Below are positions 57,701-64,000 of a stretch of DNA of 64,000 nt, piece by piece. Positions within the stretch are counted from its first letter, which is position 1. Every line of letters begins with the position of its first letter. The position numbers and the translations under genes are program-made. The DNA is from Abditibacterium sp. (GTDB lineage Bacteria > Armatimonadota > Abditibacteriia > Abditibacteriales > Abditibacteriaceae). The notes beneath the pieces are model-generated. The model was not told the DNA's origin. It was given only the letters and a program-made list of their open reading frames with translations, and made no database searches. Location of the stretch: NCBI GenBank assembly GCA_965199495.1, contig CBDASK010000003.1:2080001-2144000 (forward strand). The letters run 5' to 3'.

Positions 57701-60700
57701 GCTGACGCAGGAAGTCGGCGACGAAATTCTGCGGCGCGACGTTTACAAAATTGACGGACAATCGCGCGAAGTTTCGATTCCGATTGACAAATCGAAGGTG
57801 CCGAACTTCTTTTTGTCGGCGGCGTTGGTGCAAGATTATGAGGTTTATCAGGCGCAAACCGAAGTGTTCGTGCCGCCGGTTCGCCAGTTGCTGAACATTA
57901 GTGTGAAAGGCGACAAAGCGGTTTACAAGCCGGGTGAAACCGGAACTTTTGAAGTGACCGCGCTCGATTACGCCGGAAAACCGGCGCGCGCCGAAGTGAG
58001 TCTGGCGCTGATTGACGCGAGTTTGTTTTACATTCAAAAGAGCTTCACGCCCGACGTGCGCGGGTTTTATTACGGCGACCGTCGCAGCGATCAAGTCGGT
58101 CTGGATTCGAGCCGCAGCGGCAACCCGCAGGCGCGGCGCGAAGACGATAACAAATCGCCGAATTACGAAACGCACGGCTTGGAATTGCCCGACGATTTCG
58201 GCCAATTGCAATTGACGCCGGGGCAATTTGGTTACTATTACGGCGGCGGATTTGGCGGGCGCGGCGATATGGAGTTTGCGTCGGCTGTCAATAGAATGCC
58301 GATGAATGCGCCAATGGCAGTTAAGGCGGCGCCCGCACCTCCGGGCGCACCGCGAGCCGCTATGCGAATGAAAGCCGCGAACGAACCCGTGTCCGATGCA
58401 GCCACGCCGTCCGCGCCGCCGGTTGAAGTGCGCTCGAATTTCGCCGAAACCGCATATTGGTCGCCCGCGATTGTCACCGATGGCGGCAAAGCGACGGTGA
58501 AAGTGACTTTCCCCGATTCGCTGACGCAGTGGCACGCTTCGGCTTTGGGTTTGACCAAAACCGTTCAAGTCGGCGAGGCGGAAAGCGATGTCGCGACCAA
58601 AAAAGATTTGCTGGTGCGTTTGCAGGCGCCGCGCTTTTTCGTCGAACGCGACGAAGTGACGATTTCGGCCAACGTGCATAATTACACCGACAAACCACAA
58701 AACGTGACGGTGAATTTAACTTCGCAAGGCGCGACGCAAAGTTTGGACGTAGCTATGGTCAAGCGCGCGCCGCTCGTCATCCAGGCGGGCGAAGAAGCGC
58801 GCGTGGATTGGCCCGTCAAAGTCGTGCGTTCGGGCGAAGCACAAATTCAAGTTACCGCGCAGACAGCCACGGCGTCCGATGGTGTGAAGATGAGTTTTCC
58901 GGTTCTGGTTCATGGCGTGCAGCGCTTCGATGGCAAAGCCGGAGAAATCAAGGGCGACGGCACGACGAAAATCGCGCTCAATTTCCCCCAAGAACGGCAA
59001 TTGGGCGCCAGCCGTTTGAACGTGCAACTCAATCCGAGCTTGGCCGGACAGATGCTCGAAGCGTTGCCGTATTTGGCCGATTATCCTTACGGTTGTGTCG
59101 AGCAAACCATGTCGCGCTTTTTGCCGACCGTCATCGTGCAAAAGACGTTGCGACAAAGCGGCGTTGACCTCGAAACGCTGCGCAAACGCGCGCAGGCTTA
59201 CGACGCGCAAGCCAAAGACGAGCCGGTGAGCGAGCGCATCAAAAACAGCGGTTATTCTTATCCGCAAGGCCAGCCCAACGCGCGCGATTTGAACGAAATG
59301 TCGTCGCAGTTGGGTTATCACGCGCGCTCGAACAATCCGATTTACGACGCCAAAACCGTTGACAAAATGACGCAGGAAGGTTTGCAGCGTTTGGGTTCGA
59401 TGCAACGTAGCGACGGCGGTTGGGGTTGGTGGCCGGGTTCGGAAAACAGCGACGAATATATGTCGGCGTATGTGATGTATGGTTTGTATCAGGCGCGCCG
59501 CGCCGACGTGGCTGTGAAGTCGGACGTCATCAATCGCGGGCGCGATTATCTGGTCAAGCAGATGAAAGATGAAGATAATCTGAATCTGCTGACTTACATC
59601 GCTTATGCGTTGACGCAAGACGCCAATTATAAGTTAGTTGGTCGGCGGCGCGTCATTGCCGATTGGGAAAAAGTCGTGACGGGACGTTTGTTCGAGCAAC
59701 GCGAACGTTTGGCGCCGCTTTCCAAAGCGTATCTGGCGATGACATTGGACAATTTGGGCGACAAAACCAAAGCCAATGTCGTGGTGCGCAATCTCGAAAA
59801 TACCGCCGTGATTGACGCGGCTAACGGCACGGCGCGCTACAAAACGCAACCAGCGTATTGGTATTGGTGGAACAACGATGTCGAAACCGTCGCGTTGGCT
59901 TTGCGCGCGTTCGATCAAATCGAGCCGACTAACAAACTGGCGCCGATGTTGATGAAATGGCTGACGTTGCAAGCGCGCGGCAATCATTATCGCTCGACCA
60001 AAGAAACCGCCGAAGTCGTTTACACGCTCGCCGATTATGTCGTCAAGAACAAGGAATTGGACGTGGATTACACGGTTAAAGTCAATCTCAACGGCAAATT
60101 GGCGCGCACTTATCGCGTCACCAAAGAGAACGCGCTGTGGTTCGATAATCGGTTTATTACCGGGGACGTGTTTTTGCAAGACGGCGAAAATACGTTGACG
60201 ATCGAGAAAGTTGGCAAAGGCAAATTGTATTGGAACGCTTACACCGAATACTTCTCGCTCGAAGAGCCGATCAAAGCGAGCGGCAACGAACTCGAAATTT
60301 CGCGGCGTTTCTTCAAATTGACGCGCAAAGCCGAAACAAAAATCAATCCGATTGTGGAACTCAATCAAATCCCGATAGTTCCGGGACAAAAATTGTTCCG
60401 TAGCAAAATTATCGCGCCAGTTCCGCAGGAAAGTTCCGAACAAGAATACACGCGGACGGAAATCAAGGATGGCGAAACCGTGACGAGCGGCGATTTGATC
60501 GAGGTTGAACTCGTCGTCAACGCCAAAAACGATTACGAATATCTGGTTTTCGAGGACATGAAAGCCGCCGGATTCGAGCCGGTTGATTTGCGTTCGGGCG
60601 CGAGTTACGGCGACGGATTAAGCTCGAACGTCGAACTGCGCGACGAGAAAGTCGCGTTCTTCGTGGATAGATTGCCCCAGGGGCGCCGCGTGTTGCGCTA

Positions 60701-60818
60701 TCGCGTGCGCGCCGAAGTTCCGGGGCAGTTCCACGCGCTTCCGACCAACGGTTACGCGATGTATGCGCCCGAAGTGCGCGCGATTTCGGATGAAATGCGC
60801 GTCGGCGTGAAAGATTAA
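54738..60818 (+). CDS. Bacterial alpha-2-macroglobulin family protein with an N-terminal TPR region
   Basis: TDRPVYRPG, VEEYKRPEFEV, RSNFAETAYW, PDSLTQW, YPYGCVEQT, QRSDGGWGWW, YAMYAPE. Confidence 0.95.
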   Translation: MKSLFRFAALATLLLFFCAVSARAQNAMKPNLRQQADAAFNEKSYARAVELYRQVKAAGPSLDEAIVNYNIAVSLFKMEKWDDAIKAANYTLENSDWKARVLYLLGQIYVKVPHQGYEVNGQIYRGDEYPVVAGAEKPELKYIANEDQKQALDYFESAKVAAQKERYNAEHNKYFAPIYPMAAREEIDLNFDLAAYLPIASFDEFIKQMDADPQLKGGAIDPQQNYDVEWILPRKVLTLYAEIRALDNADKKPDAAPSFYAQGLFERAYRQRMDGWARKYDEKTQTTITRPYPYNDRTAVASWRALVTQFPDSSLAPQCLILISQTQQQDSDLIAATATLRELIQKYPKTKWVSDARATIAQIEKHEVSFGISEATRPGVQPKLSVSARNVKTVNFAAYKVKLEDTLAAPGNLKNADTQFTEFSENFGTIAAATKKFGQPVATWKFDTQTKSDYQPTNGETRVPVEKIGAYAVVAEAGGVRFAQIVVITDLTLLKKVDKNGSFVFVANDKTGEAVNGVNVILKETWDYNPRLTEFAQGQSNDGGFFDKTRSSKADDNRQVEAFAWSGDRYALTGAQGNYFGYNGDGEDQRALGTTDRPVYRPGQKVNFRQILTARKGGDWNPLVGATIRVTATNPKGEEIYRKDFTSSEFGTVNGDFQLPTETPLGVYNVSAILIKADKSEDGLGGTQFRVEEYKRPEFEVTVSAPTEAKRPGEVVAARINAKYYFGAPVPNAKVKYTVRKASWYAGYHFPSPYDWLYASWGVGDYDTGRRNIGGEGSGKIIKEGEVTTDDKGFAELSFKTDEIEPIDDNNWWARYSNPLYTIEAEVTDASRRTIEAQGQVKVARQQYFAFLNTDNGYFQQGDRVPVELRTQDANEQPVAASGKMVVYRLLPGDKEEKVFEQAISTNAQGYAKWIWEAKDSGQFRVEYQATDEWNQEVKASQEIWVVGDQIGAVRLRGVTILLDKESYAEGDTLKARLVADKPGATVLLTQEVGDEILRRDVYKIDGQSREVSIPIDKSKVPNFFLSAALVQDYEVYQAQTEVFVPPVRQLLNISVKGDKAVYKPGETGTFEVTALDYAGKPARAEVSLALIDASLFYIQKSFTPDVRGFYYGDRRSDQVGLDSSRSGNPQARREDDNKSPNYETHGLELPDDFGQLQLTPGQFGYYYGGGFGGRGDMEFASAVNRMPMNAPMAVKAAPAPPGAPRAAMRMKAANEPVSDAATPSAPPVEVRSNFAETAYWSPAIVTDGGKATVKVTFPDSLTQWHASALGLTKTVQVGEAESDVATKKDLLVRLQAPRFFVERDEVTISANVHNYTDKPQNVTVNLTSQGATQSLDVAMVKRAPLVIQAGEEARVDWPVKVVRSGEAQIQVTAQTATASDGVKMSFPVLVHGVQRFDGKAGEIKGDGTTKIALNFPQERQLGASRLNVQLNPSLAGQMLEALPYLADYPYGCVEQTMSRFLPTVIVQKTLRQSGVDLETLRKRAQAYDAQAKDEPVSERIKNSGYSYPQGQPNARDLNEMSSQLGYHARSNNPIYDAKTVDKMTQEGLQRLGSMQRSDGGWGWWPGSENSDEYMSAYVMYGLYQARRADVAVKSDVINRGRDYLVKQMKDEDNLNLLTYIAYALTQDANYKLVGRRRVIADWEKVVTGRLFEQRERLAPLSKAYLAMTLDNLGDKTKANVVVRNLENTAVIDAANGTARYKTQPAYWYWWNNDVETVALALRAFDQIEPTNKLAPMLMKWLTLQARGNHYRSTKETAEVVYTLADYVVKNKELDVDYTVKVNLNGKLARTYRVTKENALWFDNRFITGDVFLQDGENTLTIEKVGKGKLYWNAYTEYFSLEEPIKASGNELEISRRFFKLTRKAETKINPIVELNQIPIVPGQKLFRSKIIAPVPQESSEQEYTRTEIKDGETVTSGDLIEVELVVNAKNDYEYLVFEDMKAAGFEPVDLRSGASYGDGLSSNVELRDEKVAFFVDRLPQGRRVLRYRVRAEVPGQFHALPTNGYAMYAPEVRAISDEMRVGVKD

Positions 60819-60834
60819 AATCGGATTAGCTATA

Positions 60835-60881
60835 AAACAACAAAAGGCGTTGAAACATTATTTCAACGCCTTTTGTTGTTT
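60835..60881 (+). terminator. Intrinsic terminator
   Basis: AAACAACAAAAGGCGTTGAAA...TTTCAACGCCTTTTGTTGTTT. Confidence 0.88.
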
Positions 60882-61032
60882 ATTCCGGTTGTTTCGCGGG
60901 TAATAAAGAAGATAGTTAAAGGAAATTAAATAAATATAAGAGAGAAAACCCTTGTTTGTTAATTTAAGCAACTTTTTTGCATGATAAGCCGTCCTTCTTC
61001 TCATTCATGAGTTGCTATTTGTCAGATTAATC

Positions 61033-62307
61033 ATGCAATTTTCTCCTAAAAACGAAGCCGCCGCGCAGGCGAACGTTCATCTTTATAACGACGATGGCAA
61101 CTACGAACAAGGCGAGCCTTCCGCCGAAGATTTGAAATTAAAAACGCACGAACAAACATTGGCGAGCGAGCTTCAGGGCGCGTGGCATGGTTTGACTTTG
61201 CCGCTCGAAGAAAACGTGCAGGTCGGCGCGCCGCAGTGCCAACGCTGCGAAGTGTTGCCGCGTCCGATGACCGAAGCCGGTCGTTTGGAACTGCGCTTTC
61301 CTCACACGTTCACCTTGGGCAAAACGCTCGAATTTTTGCTCACCAACAAGTGGAAACACTCGCAGCAGGAGGGTTTAGTCAGCATTGGCGTGCCCGCCGG
61401 AATGTTGCCGACGCTGGTTTCGGCGTTGAGCGAACTCATGTCGGGGCCGGAGCAGCGCGACGTGCGCGCGGTTTTCCATTTTGCCGAAGATTTGGTGCAA
61501 AAAGCCGATTACTTCGAGGTCGAATCGTTTCCCGATTTCGTCGAGGAAGTGCGCGCGACGTGGCTGGTCGAAATTCTGCGCGCACAATCTATTTATTCGG
61601 TGTTTCAGCCGATTGTGCGGATGCCGCCAATGGGTGCAACTCCCGAAGTTTTTGGCTACGAATGTTTGATGCGCGGTCAACATAATGGTCAGGTCGTCGC
61701 GCCCAACACCATGTTGCAAATGGCGCGCGGCGCCGATTTAATTTTCCAGCTCGATTTGGCGGCGCGTCGTTCGGCGCTCGTCAGCGCCGGGCGTTATGGC
61801 ATCAAAGAGAAAGTGTTCATCAACTTTTCGCCCAATGCGATTTACGATCCGTGGCATTGTTTGCGTTCGACGGTGAACACCGTCGAGGAAGTCGGTTTGA
61901 CGCGCGAGCAAGTCGTGTTTGAAATCACCGAAACCGAGCGTTTGCCCAGCATCAAACATTTGCGGCGCATCTTGGATTTTTACCGCGAAGAGGGTTTTCA
62001 GGTGGCTTTGGATGATGTCGGTTCGGGTTATTCGTCGCTCAACGTTTTGGTCGAACTCAAACCCGATTTCGTCAAGTTGGACATGGATTTGGTGCGCGAT
62101 GTTGACCGTGACAAAACCAAAACGATTGTGGCGCGCAAGCTCATCGAAACCGTGAGCGAACTGGAACTTTTGACCATCGCCGAAGGCATCGAGCGGCCCG
62201 AAGAATTGAATTGGGTGCGCGCGAGCGGCGCCGATTTCGCGCAGGGCTACTTTTTTGCGCGCCCCGCCGTGCCGCCACCTGCCATTGCGGGTGCGATGAA
62301 TTTATAG
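61033..62307 (+). CDS. EAL-domain c-di-GMP phosphodiesterase
   Basis: Motifs FQPIV, YECLMR, FINFSP, FEITE, ALDDVGSGYSSL, VKLD, AEGIE, QGYFFARP. Confidence 0.93.
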   Translation: MQFSPKNEAAAQANVHLYNDDGNYEQGEPSAEDLKLKTHEQTLASELQGAWHGLTLPLEENVQVGAPQCQRCEVLPRPMTEAGRLELRFPHTFTLGKTLEFLLTNKWKHSQQEGLVSIGVPAGMLPTLVSALSELMSGPEQRDVRAVFHFAEDLVQKADYFEVESFPDFVEEVRATWLVEILRAQSIYSVFQPIVRMPPMGATPEVFGYECLMRGQHNGQVVAPNTMLQMARGADLIFQLDLAARRSALVSAGRYGIKEKVFINFSPNAIYDPWHCLRSTVNTVEEVGLTREQVVFEITETERLPSIKHLRRILDFYREEGFQVALDDVGSGYSSLNVLVELKPDFVKLDMDLVRDVDRDKTKTIVARKLIETVSELELLTIAEGIERPEELNWVRASGADFAQGYFFARPAVPPPAIAGAMNL

Positions 62308-62383
62308 TGCCCAAACGTATGCGCGAAGCGTTCAAACTGATAGCCTAAATAAGAGCGATTTCTTCGGGAAATCCGTTATCTTT

Positions 62384-63370
62384 ATGCAGACTACCGCATT
62401 TCTGGGCGTGGCCCACATTCATACTCCCGGTTTCATCGGCACCATCAAAAAGCGTGACGATGTGACCTGCAAATACGTCCAGGACAACGACGCCGCGCGC
62501 GCCCAAAAACGCGCCGACGAACTGGGCGCCAAAGTCGCCGACGTTGACACGATTTTAGCTGACAAAGAAGTCACCAGCGTGATTATTTGTAGCGAAACCA
62601 GTTTGCACACTTCACTCGTCGAGCGCGCGGCGCAAGCGGGCAAAAATATCTTCGCCGAAAAACCGCTCGCCACGACGCAGGAAGATGCCGAGCGTATGGC
62701 GGCGGCCATCGAAAAGGCGGGCGTTTTGTTCCAGACCGGCTTTTTCATGCGCGGCTGGCCTTCGTGTCAGTTCATCAAACAGGAAGTCGAGGCGGGCCAT
62801 TTGGGCACCGTCACGCGCATGAGCTACACCAATTGCCATCAGGGCGCGTTGGGCGGTTGGTTCGATAGCGAATGGCGCTGGATCGCCGACAAAAAATTGG
62901 CGGGCGGCGGCGGTTTCGCCGATTTGGGCGCGCACGCCCTCGACATCGTTTTGTGGTGCCTGACGCCGACTTGCGGCCCGGTCGTCAAGACCGCCGCGAC
63001 ATTGGGCAACGCGACCGGGCGTTACGGCGATTTGAGCCAGATTGACGAATGGGGCGTCGGTCTCGTCACTTTTGAAAGCGGCGCCGTCGGCATCGTGCAG
63101 GCGGGCTGGGTTGACCCGAAAGGTTCGACGCCGGTCGAGGTTCACGGCACCAAAGGCCACATCATCGTGCGCGATAACAAAGTGTTTTATTTCTCGGAAG
63201 CCGTCGAGGGCGCCGACGGCGGCGAATGGACGGATTTGCCCGCCGAGAAGTCCAACGGTTTTAGTGCGTTCTGGGACAAACTCGAAGGCAAAGGCGACGT
63301 GGCTCTGGTTACGGTGCAACAAGCCGCGCAGGAAAGCAGCGTGATGGCGCGCTTGTATGATTCGGTTTAA
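62384..63370 (+). CDS. Gfo/Idh/MocA family oxidoreductase
   Basis: Motifs AEKPLA, GFFMR, GGGFADLGAHALD. Confidence 0.92.
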   Translation: MQTTAFLGVAHIHTPGFIGTIKKRDDVTCKYVQDNDAARAQKRADELGAKVADVDTILADKEVTSVIICSETSLHTSLVERAAQAGKNIFAEKPLATTQEDAERMAAAIEKAGVLFQTGFFMRGWPSCQFIKQEVEAGHLGTVTRMSYTNCHQGALGGWFDSEWRWIADKKLAGGGGFADLGAHALDIVLWCLTPTCGPVVKTAATLGNATGRYGDLSQIDEWGVGLVTFESGAVGIVQAGWVDPKGSTPVEVHGTKGHIIVRDNKVFYFSEAVEGADGGEWTDLPAEKSNGFSAFWDKLEGKGDVALVTVQQAAQESSVMARLYDSV

Positions 63371-63385
63371 TTTTTCGATAAGCCC

Positions 63386-63480
63386 GTAGAGACGCCGATT
63401 TATCGCGTCTAAAACGTAAATGAACTCGCGAAATTTGCGGGAATATTCAAGATTTAGACGCGATAAATCGGCGTCTCTAC
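63386..63480. repeat. GTAG-REP doublet (REPIN), copy 4
   Basis: GTAGAGACGCCGATTTATCGCGTCTAAA ... TTTAGACGCGATAAATCGGCGTCTCTAC. Confidence 0.92.
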
Positions 63481-63529
63481 GGGACGCGGGCGATATTTTA
63501 CGCGAGTCAAAGTTTCAAACTCCCAATTT

Positions 63530-64000
63530 ATGACCTCCGAAACTCCCCACGCCGCGCTTCCGGTGCGACAGCGCGGCACGCTCGAAATCATTGATACGGC
63601 GCTGAAACTCTACCGGCGCTATTTTGGCGTGTTGATGGGTTGGTCGGCGCTGGTCATTTTCGCCTCGATCATTACTTATCCGGTTGGTTTCGTGCTGGCC
63701 TATCCGTTGATGGCCGGAGTCTGTTCGTGTGCCATCGCGGCGGCGGTGCGCGGTCAGCGCATTTCGTTTGGTCAGGGCTGGGATTTCTCCAAGCCGCGCT
63801 ATGGCGCGCTCGTGCTTATTACTTTTGTCCAAGGTCTGCTCTTGAGCGCGGGCATCGGCGTTATTTCGCTGCTGTGCGTGTTACTCGCGGCGGCGGGCGC
63901 GTGGTTGCTCAGTGCCATTGGAACGCCCGATTCGGTGACCGCCGTTGTGGCGATTGTCGGCATGATCGCCGCCGTTCTGGTGTTCAGCATTTTGAGCGTT
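63530..64000 (+). CDS. Membrane protein, truncated by the window end (not in the ORF track)
   Basis: Hand translation MTSETPHAALPVRQRGTLEIIDTALKLYRRYFGVLMGW..., then several TM helices; frame open to the window end. Confidence 0.8.
   Translation, partial: MTSETPHAALPVRQRGTLEIIDTALKLYRRYFGVLMGWSALVIFASIITYPVGFVLAYPLMAGVCSCAIAAAVRGQRISFGQGWDFSKPRYGALVLITFVQGLLLSAGIGVISLLCVLLAAAGAWLLSAIGTPDSVTAVVAIVGMIAAVLVFSILSV

Larger units (their letters stand above)
190..58406. repeat. Dispersed, over-represented 9-mer CGTGGCTGC/GCAGCCACG (at least 24 exact copies)
   Basis: Hand count: 13 copies as CGTGGCTGC and 11 as GCAGCCACG on the + strand; coordinates are listed in the findings. Confidence 0.85.

Noticed and set aside
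190..58406. CGTGGCTGC as a Chi or KOPS site
   Set aside because: Orientation is balanced (13 versus 11) and interleaved along the window, unlike polar motifs.
55473..59618. Long antisense ORFs (704, 359 and 300 aa) opposite the alpha-2-macroglobulin gene
   Set aside because: Shadow ORFs of a GC-rich coding strand; no motifs, and fully overlapped by a well-supported gene.

Overview
A 64-kb gene-dense bacterial chromosomal segment, about 58% GC by eye and very rich in GCGCGC. It comes from a diderm bacterium; the gene set (TonB receptor, alpha-2-macroglobulin, ARC/Mpa ATPase, DUF2298, many TPR and secreted proteins) tentatively suggests an Armatimonadota/Abditibacteriota-type organism, which is inference only. 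Housekeeping genes are rpe, pyrF, purE, queA, ispH, a ygfA-type gene, arc and a gshB-like gene. A urea-utilisation region (urtABCDE, ureA, ureB, ureC, ureF, ureG, ureD; no ureE seen) is interrupted by unrelated genes. I found no rRNA, tRNA, CRISPR array, integrase or transposase. The main observations are: (1) a low-GC three-gene cassette after ureC (COMMD-like protein, NWD-x-x-G protein, ADP-ribosyltransferase-like protein) that looks like an undescribed toxin/defence module; (2) the non-palindromic 9-mer CGTGGCTGC present at least 24 times on both strands, mostly inside genes and in several reading frames (about 1 expected), resembling a DNA-uptake-type signal; (3) several families of long intergenic inverted-repeat elements, including GTAG-REP doublets with compensatory changes; (4) two apparent pseudoenzymes, an antitoxin-PIN fusion and a PFK homologue; (5) a possible structured RNA between the PFK-like gene and ygfA. 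All family assignments come from reading motifs by eye, without database searches.
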